In this document: one piece after another, positions 54,106-62,659 of the stretch
How positions within the stretch are numbered: position 1 is the first letter of the stretch
How the letters are laid out: the number at the start of each line of letters is the position of its first letter
Source of the DNA: an uncultured Solirubrobacteraceae bacterium
GTDB taxonomy: Bacteria > Actinomycetota > Thermoleophilia > Solirubrobacterales > Solirubrobacteraceae
Direction: 5' to 3'
Length of the DNA stretch: 64,000 bases
Assembly (NCBI GenBank): GCA_963710665.1
Contig: CAVQBC010000005.1
Span: 158,370 to 222,369 of the forward strand
Translations under genes and position numbers: made by a program
The notes under the pieces: model-generated
What the model saw: the letters and a program-made list of their open reading frames with translations, nothing else
Databases searched by the model: none
What the model was told of the DNA's origin: nothing

Positions 54106-55754
54106 ATGGCGACGAAGCGGCTGGCCGGCGGCGGCTGGGCCGAGCTCGCCGCGGGCCGGTGGGCCGCGGCGCGGACAGCGTTCGCGGAGGCCGTGGCGGC
54201 CGAGGAGACGGCGCGAGGGCTACGAGGGGCTGAGCTGGGCCGCGTGGTGGCTCGACGACGCCGCCCTGGTGTTCTCCGCGCGAGCGCGCGCGTACCGCCT
54301 CTACCGGCGGGCGGGCGACGCCGGCGGGGCGGCCCGGATGGCGACCTGGCTGGCCTGCGACGAGCTCGACTTCCACGGCGCGGGCACGGTGGCGGGCGGG
54401 TGGCTGGCGCGCGCCCACCGGCTCCTCGACCCGCTCGAGCCGTCCTCCGACCACGGCTGGCTCGCCTTCCTCGAGGGCTACATGGCGCACGCCGGCGGGG
54501 ACAGCGCGACGGCCGCGCGGCTCGCCGGCGTCGCCGCCGGCCTGGGTCGCCGCTTGGGCGTGGTCGACCTCGAGATGCTGGGGCTCGCGCTCGAGGGCGC
54601 GACGCACGTGGCGTGTGCCCGCGTCCCCGAGGGCATGCGCTGCCTCGACGAGGCCACGGCCGCGGCGCTGGAGGGCGACGCGGAGATCCCCATCGCGGGC
54701 GCGTGGGTCTTCTGCTTCCTGGTGAGCGCATGCACGGCGGTACGCGACTACGAGCGCGCCTTCGCGTGGTGCGACCGGATCGCCGAGTTCGCCGAGCACT
54801 ACGGCAGCCGCTACATGCTCGCCTTCTGCCGCGCCGAGTACGGGGCGGTGCACCTGTGGCGCGGCCGCTGGGAGCAGGCCGAGGAGGTGCTCGCGGCCTC
54901 GGTGGAGGACTTCGCGCAGTCACGCCCGGCGTGGTCGCCGCTGCCGGTCGTCGGCCTCGCCGAGCTGCGCCGCCGTCAGGGGCGCGACGCGGAGGCGCTG
55001 GCGCTGCTCGACGGGGTCGGGCCGTCCGCCTCGGCGCAGCTCTGCCGCGGGCGGCTCGCGCTCGACGCCGGCGACCGCGCAGGCGGCGCTCGACCTCGCC
55101 GAGCGGGTGCTGCGCCAGACGCCTGACGAGCGCACGCTCGACCGGGCGCCCGCCCTGGAGCTGCTGGTGCGCGCGCACGTCGCGCGCGGCGCGCTCGCCG
55201 AGGCGCGCGACGCCGCCGGCCGGCTGCGGGCGCTGGAGCAGCGGGTGGGGACGCCGGCGCTGCGTGCGGGCGCGGACCTGGCGGAGGGGACCGTGGCCGC
55301 CGCCGACGCCGACCACGAGGGCGCACGTCCGCTGCTCGAGGATGCCGTGGACCGCTTCGAGCGCAGTGGCGGGCCGTACGACGCCGCCCACGCGCGGATC
55401 GCGCTTGCCACGTGCCTCGGCGCCCTCGGCCGCACCGCCGAGGCCGAGCGCGAGGCGGCCGTCGCGCTGGCGCGGCTGACCGAGCTGGGCGCGGCGGCGG
55501 ACGCCGAGCGGGCGCGGCGGGTCCTCCGTGCCGCCGCGGGCGAGGCGGTCGTGCGCGAGCCGACGCTCACCCCACGCGAGCGCGACGTCCTCGGCCTGCT
55601 CGCCGAGGGGCTCACCAACCGCGAGATCGCCGCGCGGCTGGTCGTCAGCGAGCACACCGTGCACCGCCACGTGACGAACATCCTGCGCAAGCTCGACCTG
55701 TCCTCGCGGACCGCGGCGGCCGCCTACGCCGTCCGCGCCGGCGTGCTCGAGTAG
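54106..55754 (+). pseudogene. large LuxR-family regulator (TPR-like N-domain plus C-terminal HTH) with two +1 frameshifts
   Basis: Three consecutive frames read MATKRLAGGGWAELAAGRW..., then ...EGYEGLSWAAWWLDD...[10 protein letters not shown], then ...[14 protein letters not shown]...[43 protein letters not shown]. Junctions are near 54214 and 55076. Confidence 0.7.
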
Positions 55755-55838
55755 CCCGTCGTGGCCATCCGCCCGCGGCCGCGAAGATGGCCAGAACGGG
55801 CGAAGCGGCGGGGGGCCGGGCCGGCGTACGGTCGGGGC

Positions 55839-56705
55839 ATGGAACGACTGGAGGCATCGGCCCGAGCGATGGCGGAGGCCCCGTCCGGCCCCAAGCAGGC
55901 GGCGCGGGCGATGTGGGCGCTCGGCGACTACCACCGCTTCGCGACCGCGACGGTCTGGGGCCTCGGGGCCGAGCTCGTCGCGGCCTGCCGCATCGGCGCG
56001 GGGGACCGCGTGCTCGACGTCGCCGCCGGCACCGGCAACGTCGCCCTGCGGGCGGCCGAGCGGGGCGCGCGCGTCGTCGCCTCTGACCTGACCCCGGAGA
56101 ACTTCGTCGCCGGCCAAGGCGAGGCGCGGACGATGGGCGTGGAGCTCGAGTGGGCGGAGGCGGACGCCGAGGCGCTGCCGTTCGCCGACGGCGCCTTCGA
56201 CGTGGTCACGTCATGCCTCGGCGCGATCTTCGCCCCCGACCAGCGCGCGGTGGCCGGCGAGATGCTCCGCGTGTGCCGGCCGGGCGGCACGATCGGGATG
56301 ATCAACTTCGTCCCCGACGGCACCGCCGGCGCGTTCTTCGACCTGGTCGCGCGCCACGCCCCGCCGCCGCCCGCCGGCGCGCAGCCGCCGACCCTGTGGG
56401 GCAGCGAGGCGCACGTGCGCGAGCTGTTCGGTGACCGCGTGTCGTCTCTCGAGATGACGCGCCGCAGCTACGTCGAGCACAGCCCCGGCGCCGGGCGGGC
56501 CGTCGACTACCGCGAGCTGTTCAAGGCGACGTTCGGGCCGCTGGTCGGGCTCTACGCGAGCCTGGCCGGGCAGCCCGCGCGGGCGGCCGCGCTCGACCGC
56601 GACTTCCTGGACTTCGCCGAGCGCGAGAACGTCGCCCCGCCCGGCAGCCCCGCCGAGTACGAGTACGGGTACCTGCTCGTGGTCGCCCGCAAGCGCCGCG
56701 CCTAG
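55839..56705 (+). CDS. class I SAM-dependent methyltransferase
   Basis: From ATG 55839: VLDVAAGTGNVALRAA, FDVVTSCLGAIF and RPGGTIGMINF. Confidence 0.8.
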   Translation: MERLEASARAMAEAPSGPKQAARAMWALGDYHRFATATVWGLGAELVAACRIGAGDRVLDVAAGTGNVALRAAERGARVVASDLTPENFVAGQGEARTMGVELEWAEADAEALPFADGAFDVVTSCLGAIFAPDQRAVAGEMLRVCRPGGTIGMINFVPDGTAGAFFDLVARHAPPPPAGAQPPTLWGSEAHVRELFGDRVSSLEMTRRSYVEHSPGAGRAVDYRELFKATFGPLVGLYASLAGQPARAAALDRDFLDFAERENVAPPGSPAEYEYGYLLVVARKRRA

Positions 56706-56941
56706 CGCGACGTGCTGCGTTGGCGCGTCCCGTCCTCGAGCATGTCGACGAGCGCCTCCGCCGCCTCGAGGGCCTGGGCGTCGTCGATCAGATCGATCGG
56801 GTCGGTGCCGGGCTGGTGGCGGGTGGCGTCGAACGCCTCCCGGCGCGCTCGCAGGGCTTCGATCGCCCGTTCGCGCGTGTGCTCGTGCGGTGTGGACGTG
56901 CGCTGCCTCGGGTGGGCGCGGAGGTGCGATGGCGCGAACAT
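56702..56941 (-). CDS. small hypothetical protein (weak call)
   Basis: 79 aa from ATG 56941, with an acidic helical C-terminus (DPIDLIDDAQALEAAEALVDMLEDG). No recognised family. Confidence 0.2.
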   Translation of the reverse strand: MFAPSHLRAHPRQRTSTPHEHTRERAIEALRARREAFDATRHQPGTDPIDLIDDAQALEAAEALVDMLEDGTRQRSTSR

Positions 56942-57118
56942 GGAGAACAGGATGACGCGTGAGGTCCGCCGGTGCGACTGACAACCGGTCGGAGTTGTGA
57001 CCTTCGACGCATCGACCATTGGTCCAGGCGCCCTCGGGCTCGCCCAACCCTGGTAAACGGTCGATCGATCATCCGAATTTCAATCGGTTGACAAGGTGGG
57101 GCGCGGGATACTCGTGGC

Positions 57119-58294
57119 GTGCGGCATCGCTCGCCTCTGGCTCGGAGGGCAGGAGCGTGCCTCGGCGTGGCCGGCGTGCTGGCCGCGCTGGGCGCCTGCC
57201 CATCGGCATCGCTCGCTTCTGGACTCGCAGACGTCCCCGCGGCGCCGGTCGCGGCTGACGTGCCGGCGCCGGTCGCGGCCGACGTACCGGCGCCCGCCGC
57301 GACCGTGGCGGACGTCGTGCAGACGGCGACCACGGCCGCCCCCGCCCAGCCCGCCTCGCCGGCCCCGGTCCAGCGCGCCGCCGCCTCGTCGCCGGTCACG
57401 AGGCCCGCGACCGCCGCCGCATCGCCGGCGAGGGACGCCACCCCCGTTCGGCGGGCGATCGCGCCGGCGCGGGACGCCGCCGCCACGCCGGTTCGGCGCG
57501 CCGCGGACCCGGCCGCGCCGGCGCGGCACGTCGCCGCCCCGGCGAGGAACGCCGTCCGGCGCGCCGCCGGCGCAGCCGCTCCGGTGAAGGACGTCGCGGC
57601 CCCGGTCGTCCGGCGCGCCGCCGAGACGGTCGCGCCGCTCGTCGAGGACGCCACCGACGCGACCCGTCCGGTGACGAGCATCGCGACGGGCCTGGTCGAC
57701 CGCGTGGCCGGCTCGCTCCCGGGCTCCGCGCGGAGCCTCCTTCCCGGGGTGACCGGCGCGTTCGCCCCGATCGCCGACCCGGCCTTCGCTCCGGCGTCGC
57801 CGCTCGCCGCCCCGACCGTCGCCGCGGCGACGCCCGCCGACGGTGGCGCCGTGCTCGGCACGCGCGCCGAGTCGGTCGCGGGCGGGCGGAACGCGCGCGC
57901 CGTACCGCCGCCGACGTCGGCGGCGGTCTCGGCGCGGCCCGGCACCTCCGCCTCCGCGGCCACTGACCGCGGTCACGGCCACACCCGCCGGAGCGTGCCC
58001 CGGCGCGGGCCTCCGCCGCGCCCACGCCTCCACCGGAACGGGCGCCCACCACGGGCCCGGGGCCGATCCCGGCCGGCGGCACCGGATCCGTCACGGTCTT
58101 CTTCCTCTTCCTCGCGCTGGCCGCCGGCCTCGCGACCCGCCGGGCGCCCGCCACCGCGTGGCGCCTGCGGGTCCCGCCGGCCCTCTTCCGGCCTGCGCTC
58201 TTCGTGCTGGTGCCAGAACGGCCCGGCTAGCCCCTTCGGGGTCAGCCACAGGCCGCGCCGGGGGCCCCTTCCCGGCATCAGACACCAACACTGA
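57119..58294 (+). CDS. secreted Ala/Pro-rich repeat protein (C-terminal third uncertain)
   Basis: Signal peptide RRAGACLGVAGVLAALGACPSASLA, then ADVPA(A)PVA repeats and A-x-PVRRA repeats. After ~57950 the frame becomes Arg-rich and unconvincing. Confidence 0.5.
   Translation: MRHRSPLARRAGACLGVAGVLAALGACPSASLASGLADVPAAPVAADVPAPVAADVPAPAATVADVVQTATTAAPAQPASPAPVQRAAASSPVTRPATAAASPARDATPVRRAIAPARDAAATPVRRAADPAAPARHVAAPARNAVRRAAGAAAPVKDVAAPVVRRAAETVAPLVEDATDATRPVTSIATGLVDRVAGSLPGSARSLLPGVTGAFAPIADPAFAPASPLAAPTVAAATPADGGAVLGTRAESVAGGRNARAVPPPTSAAVSARPGTSASAATDRGHGHTRRSVPRRGPPPRPRLHRNGRPPRARGRSRPAAPDPSRSSSSSSRWPPASRPAGRPPPRGACGSRRPSSGLRSSCWCQNGPASPFGVSHRPRRGPLPGIRHQH
57227..57318 (+). repeat. approximate 24-27-nt tandem repeats encoding ADVPAPVA units
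   Basis: gcagacgtccccgcggcgccggtcgcg / gctgacgtgccggcgccggtcgcg / gccgacgtaccggcgcccgccgcg. Boundaries are approximate. Confidence 0.5.
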
Positions 58295-58310
58295 AGACAA
58301 GGAGCAACTC

Positions 58311-59378
58311 GTGAGACGACATCGCCTCGCACTGCTTGCGAGCGTCGTCGCCCTCGGCGCCTGCGCGAGCCCGGCCTCGGCCGCGGACGTCCCCGGCGTC
58401 ATCGGAGGAGCGACCGACCAGATCGTGCAGCAGGGCAACACCGCCAACGGCGGCAACGGCGGCGACCACACCACCGGTGGCGCCGGCGGACCGGCCATCA
58501 CCGGCAACCAGCAGGTGCTCGACGGCAACGCGGTCGGGATCGCGCTGCCGGGCGGCGGCGCCGGCGCCCAGGGCGGCGACACCTCCGCCACCAGCGGGGA
58601 CGCGACCGGCGGCGACGGCGGCGGCGCAAGCGCCGACGGCGGCGACGGCGGCGCGGCGTCCAACTCCGCCCGGACCCGCCCGTCCGGCGGCGCGTCGGTC
58701 GGCCAGGGCGGCAACTCCGCCGACGGCGGGGACGGCGGCGACCACACCACCGGCGGCGACGGCGGGCCCGCGAGCACCGGCAACGTCCAGGCGCTCAACG
58801 GCAACGCGGTCTCCGTCGGCGGCAAGGCCCGCGGCGGCGACACCCGCGCCAAGAGCGGCGACGCCAAGGGCGGCGACGGCGGCAAGGCCCGCGCCGACGG
58901 CGGCGACGGGGGCAAGGCCTCCAACGACGCCGAGGTCGACCGCAGCCATCGGAAGGGTCACCGCGGCAAGGACCACGGCGACCGCGGCAAGGACCACGGC
59001 GACCGCGGCAAGGACCACGGCCACCGACCCAAGGGCCACGACACGCCCCGCCACTGGAGCGGCCTGCCCGCCCCGGCCGCCACCCTCATCGAGCAGGGCG
59101 GCAACACCGCCGACGGCGGCGACGGCGGCGACTTCGCCACCGGCGGCAAGGGCGGCGACGCCTGGACGGGCAACCACCAGGTCGCGAACGGCAACGCGCT
59201 CGCCCTCGGCGGCGGCGCGAAGGACCGCTGCTCGCACTGCGACCACACCAGCGCCGCCGGCGGCGACACGCACGCCAAGAGCGGCGACGCCGACGGCGGC
59301 GACGGCGGTGACGCCGGCGCCGACGGCGGCGACGGAGGCAAGGCCTCCAACGACGCCGAGGTCGGCGACCACCACTGA
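58311..59378 (+). CDS. secreted Gly/Asp/Asn-rich protein with three ~75-aa modules and a His/Lys/Asp heptad tract
   Basis: GTG 58311 follows AAGGAG. Signal RRHRLALLASVVALGACASPASA. Modules read QGGN(T/S)A(N/D)GG(N/D)GGD..TGG.GG.A.TGN.Q...GNA...GGDT.A.SGDA.GGDGG...ADGGDGG.ASN.AEV, three times. Confidence 0.7.
   Translation: MRRHRLALLASVVALGACASPASAADVPGVIGGATDQIVQQGNTANGGNGGDHTTGGAGGPAITGNQQVLDGNAVGIALPGGGAGAQGGDTSATSGDATGGDGGGASADGGDGGAASNSARTRPSGGASVGQGGNSADGGDGGDHTTGGDGGPASTGNVQALNGNAVSVGGKARGGDTRAKSGDAKGGDGGKARADGGDGGKASNDAEVDRSHRKGHRGKDHGDRGKDHGDRGKDHGHRPKGHDTPRHWSGLPAPAATLIEQGGNTADGGDGGDFATGGKGGDAWTGNHQVANGNALALGGGAKDRCSHCDHTSAAGGDTHAKSGDADGGDGGDAGADGGDGGKASNDAEVGDHH
58959..59042 (+). 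repeat. 21-bp tandem repeat (3 near-perfect copies plus 1 degenerate) encoding (H/D)RGKDHG heptads
   Basis: The unit gaccgcggcaaggaccacggc occurs at 58980 and 59001, with one mismatch in the copy at 58959 and a degenerate fourth copy. Confidence 0.8.
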
Positions 59379-59398
59379 ACACGACGAACGATCCGGCT

Positions 59399-59424
59399 GT
59401 CCGGGGGCGTCCGCGCCCCCGGAC
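59399..59424. terminator. bidirectional hairpin between convergent genes
   Basis: Perfect 11-bp stem, GTCCGGGGGCG (59399-59409) and CGCCCCCGGAC (59414-59424), with a 4-nt loop. Confidence 0.55.
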
Positions 59425-59437
59425 GGCGGCCGGAGCC

Positions 59438-60223
59438 TCAGGCCTTCGCGACCAGCCGGCCCTCGAGCAGCGCGTCGCGGTCGACGTCGTCCAGCGACGT
59501 GACGAGCAGGTCGGGCTCGGCGCCGGCCAGCAACTCCTCGTCGTCGGCACGCGACAGCCCGAGCGCCGCCATCCCGCCCGCCTTGGCGGCCTGGAGCCCG
59601 TAGTAGGCGTCCTCGACCACGAAGCAGCCCGCCGGCTCGACCCCGAGCTCGGAGGCCGCGGTCAGGAAGATCTCGGGATGCGGCTTGCCCTGGGCGAAGT
59701 CGCGCCCCGAGATGTCGGCGTCGAAGAGCCCGAGCAGCGTCATGCCCTCGCGCAGGAAGTCGTAGGAGAGACCCTGCTCGGCCGCGAACGTGTCGAGCCG
59801 GATCTGCTCGAGGAAGCGCACGGCGTTCTTGGACGACGACGCGGCGGCGACCACGATCCCCGCGCCCTTGATCCCGAGCACGAAGCGCAGCGCGTCGGCG
59901 TAGGCCGTGAACTGCCCCTGCTCGATCAGCGGGATCACGACGTCCTGCTTGCGCTGGGCATAGGCCTCCACGCGCGACGCGGCGTCGGGGACCCCGAAGT
60001 AGTCCAGCGCCGCGCGGGCGCCGCTCATCCGCGGCTTGCCGGACATCACCTGCTGGTAGACCTGCGGCGTGAAGCGCTCCGGCGCCCACGTGGTCTGCCC
60101 GCGGATGTCGCTCCACTCGTCCTCCATGAGCTCGCGCAGCCCCTCGCGCCACGCCTGCTCGTGCGGCGAGTCGACCAGCACGCCGTCGACGTCGAAGATC
60201 GCGCCGCGGAACCCGTTCTGCAC
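59438..60223 (-). CDS. pgmB: beta-phosphoglucomutase-like HAD-IA hydrolase
   Basis: AIFDVDGVLVDS (DxDG nucleophile motif), SSSKN, and GKPHPEIFL...VVEDAYYGLQAAKAGGM. Sits next to a GH65 phosphorylase. Confidence 0.8.
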   Translation of the reverse strand: MQNGFRGAIFDVDGVLVDSPHEQAWREGLRELMEDEWSDIRGQTTWAPERFTPQVYQQVMSGKPRMSGARAALDYFGVPDAASRVEAYAQRKQDVVIPLIEQGQFTAYADALRFVLGIKGAGIVVAAASSSKNAVRFLEQIRLDTFAAEQGLSYDFLREGMTLLGLFDADISGRDFAQGKPHPEIFLTAASELGVEPAGCFVVEDAYYGLQAAKAGGMAALGLSRADDEELLAGAEPDLLVTSLDDVDRDALLEGRLVAKA

Positions 60224-60233
60224 GGCGCTCAGC

Positions 60234-62654
60234 TCAGCTCAGCGAGAACGCGCAGCGCCCCTTCGCGCCGAGCTCGAGTACGTGATCGCCCACGCCGATC
60301 TTGATCGGGCGGCTGAAGCCCTCGATGTGCGCGTCGACGGTCAGCTCGCCCCCGGAGAGCGCGACCTTGATCGGCGTCCCCCGGAACTGCATCGAGAACG
60401 TCAGGCCGTCGAGCCGATCCGTGAGGCGCGGGTTGAAGTACAGGACGTCGTCGCGGATCACGCTGCCCATGAAGCCGCGCTGGACGAGGTCGAGCGTCCC
60501 GGCCATCACGCCCATGTGGATGCCCTCCTTCGTCGTGCCGCCCTGCACGTCGCCGACGTCGGACTCGAGCGCAACGATGAACCGCTCCCACGCGCTCTCG
60601 GGATCCAGCGCCGCCAGCACCGCGGCGTGGGTGATGAAGCTGAGCGTCGACCCGTGCGAGGTCCGCTTGTCGTAGTAGTCGACGGTCTTGCGGGCCGTGT
60701 CGGACGTGTACTCGTAGCCGAGGCGCTCGAAGATGGCGCGCAGCTCGTCCTCGGGGAAGAGGAAGAACAGCATCACCGTGTCGGCCTGCTTGGCGAGCTG
60801 GTAGTGGTCCGGGTCGTCGCCCTCGGCGCGCAGGATCCGGTCGAGGCGCTGGATGTTGCCGTACTTCGCCCGGTAGGCCTCCCAGTCGAGCTCCTTGAGG
60901 TCCTCGTAGCCCTCGAACTGGCTGATGATCCCGTCGCCGTGGAACGGGATGAACATCTTGCGGCTCATCTCCTGCCAGGTCTGGATCTCCTCGTCGGTGA
61001 GGCCGATCCGGGCGGTCAGCGCCTCGCAGCGGCTCTCGGGCAGGAGCGTGAGCACCTGCTCCGCGGTCTCGGCGATCCACGCCGCCATCACGTTCGTGTA
61101 GGCGTTGTTGTGCAGGCCGCCCTCGTCGGCGTCCGGGTACTTCTCGTGGAACTCGTCCGGACCCATGACGCCGTGGATCTCGTAGCGGTCGCGCTCGGCG
61201 TTGTAGTGCGCGATCGACGCCCAGAAGCGCGCGATCTCGAGCATCATCTCGGCGCCCTTGTCGCGCAGGAACTCGACGTCCTCGGTCGCCTGGTAGTAGT
61301 GCCAGACGTTGTAGAAGATCGCCGCGTTGACGTGGCGCTGGTTGTGGCTGAGGTCGGGCTCCCACGTCCCCGACAGCGGGTTGAGGTGGACGACCTGCGT
61401 CTCCTCGGAGCCGTCGCTGCCGCTCTGCCACGGGTACATCGCGCCCTTGTAGCCCGCCTGCCGGGCCGCCGCCCGGGCCTCGCCGAGACGCCGGTAGCGG
61501 TACATGAGCAGCTCGCGCGTGATCTCGGGCAGGCGGAAGTTCAGGAACGGATACACGTAGAGCTCGTCCCAGAACACGTGGCCGCGGTACGCCTCGCCGT
61601 TGAGCCCGCGGGCGGGGACGCCGGCGTCCTGGTCGGCGGTATGCCGCGAGCAGACCTGCAGCAGGTGGGAGATGTGCAGCCGCAGGAGCAGCTGCACCCG
61701 CTCGTCGCTGGGGAGGACGAGGTCGCAGGAGCGCCACAGCTCCTCCCAGGCGCCGGTATGGGACTTGAGCGCCTCGGGGAAGCTCGGGTAGCGCACGGCG
61801 GACTTGCCGGCGTTGGTCAGCGGCTCGTTGATCGCCCGGTCGTGCGACGTGTAGAACGCCACCAGCTTCTCGGCCCGCACGGGGACGCCCTGCTGCGCGT
61901 CCACCGCGAGCACCTGCTGGATGTAGTCCTCCATCTGGTAGAGGCTGCGGTCGGGCGTGGCGCGCTGCCCGTCGACGTAGAGGTCGGTGCGGGCGGCCTC
62001 GGCGATGTAGAGGCCCGACTGGCGCGTGCGGACCTTCACCGCGATCACCTCGGGCCCGAACGTGCGCGGGGAGACGGGGTCGAGGTGGCGGCCCTCGAGC
62101 TGGCGGTAGCGCGCGACGTTGCGGTTGGTCACCCGCCCGTCGAGGGCGGAGACGATCTCGAGGCGCCCCGACCAGTTCTCCGGCGTGACCGTGAACTCGA
62201 TCGCGGCCTGGTGGACGTGGGCCATGCTGACGAAGCGGCGGCTGCGCAGCGTCGTCTCGCGGCCGGCCCGGTCGCGGACGCGCAGCGCGCGCGTCACCAG
62301 CGCATAGCGCACGTCGAGCTCGTGGCGGTAGTCGAGCAGCTCGCAGTTGTCGAGCTCGAGCGCCTCCTCGCCGTCGATGCGCACCTTGAGGACGAGCCAG
62401 TTCGGGAGGTTGACGAGGTCCTCGTTGAGGACCGGCCGCCCGCCCAGGATCGTCGTCTCGCGGTTGTAGCCGCCGTGCGCGTAGGTGCCGGGGTAGTGGA
62501 CGTCGCTCGCGTCCTCCCACTCCATCGTCCCGCGCGTGCAGAAGTAGCCGTTCCCGGTCGAGGCCAGCGCCTCGCGCAGCCCCTCCTCCTTGGGCTCGAA
62601 GCTGTCGTAGGCGAGCGTGAATCCGACGGCTGGAGCGTCTTCTGTCGCGGTCAT
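60234..62654 (-). CDS. glycoside hydrolase family 65 phosphorylase (trehalose/kojibiose/maltose phosphorylase type)
   Basis: 806 aa from ATG 62654: NGYFCTRG, GLNGEAYRGHVFWDELYVYPF, MYPWQSGSDGSEET, HNNAYTN and KQADTVML. Confidence 0.9.
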   Translation of the reverse strand: MTATEDAPAVGFTLAYDSFEPKEEGLREALASTGNGYFCTRGTMEWEDASDVHYPGTYAHGGYNRETTILGGRPVLNEDLVNLPNWLVLKVRIDGEEALELDNCELLDYRHELDVRYALVTRALRVRDRAGRETTLRSRRFVSMAHVHQAAIEFTVTPENWSGRLEIVSALDGRVTNRNVARYRQLEGRHLDPVSPRTFGPEVIAVKVRTRQSGLYIAEAARTDLYVDGQRATPDRSLYQMEDYIQQVLAVDAQQGVPVRAEKLVAFYTSHDRAINEPLTNAGKSAVRYPSFPEALKSHTGAWEELWRSCDLVLPSDERVQLLLRLHISHLLQVCSRHTADQDAGVPARGLNGEAYRGHVFWDELYVYPFLNFRLPEITRELLMYRYRRLGEARAAARQAGYKGAMYPWQSGSDGSEETQVVHLNPLSGTWEPDLSHNQRHVNAAIFYNVWHYYQATEDVEFLRDKGAEMMLEIARFWASIAHYNAERDRYEIHGVMGPDEFHEKYPDADEGGLHNNAYTNVMAAWIAETAEQVLTLLPESRCEALTARIGLTDEEIQTWQEMSRKMFIPFHGDGIISQFEGYEDLKELDWEAYRAKYGNIQRLDRILRAEGDDPDHYQLAKQADTVMLFFLFPEDELRAIFERLGYEYTSDTARKTVDYYDKRTSHGSTLSFITHAAVLAALDPESAWERFIVALESDVGDVQGGTTKEGIHMGVMAGTLDLVQRGFMGSVIRDDVLYFNPRLTDRLDGLTFSMQFRGTPIKVALSGGELTVDAHIEGFSRPIKIGVGDHVLELGAKGRCAFSLS

Positions 62655-62659
62655 GCCGC

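Noticed and set aside
57088-57121. TTGACA hexamer upstream of the Ala/Pro-rich gene as a defined promoter
   Set aside because: No acceptable -10 element at 16-18 bp spacing. The start codon would be nearly leaderless, and the evidence is too weak to annotate.
58311-59378. Repetitive DNA in the Gly/Asp-rich gene as a CRISPR array or an RTX toxin locus
   Set aside because: The repeats are in-frame coding repeats without unique spacers. No cas genes and no type I secretion genes are nearby, and the nonapeptides only partly fit the RTX consensus.
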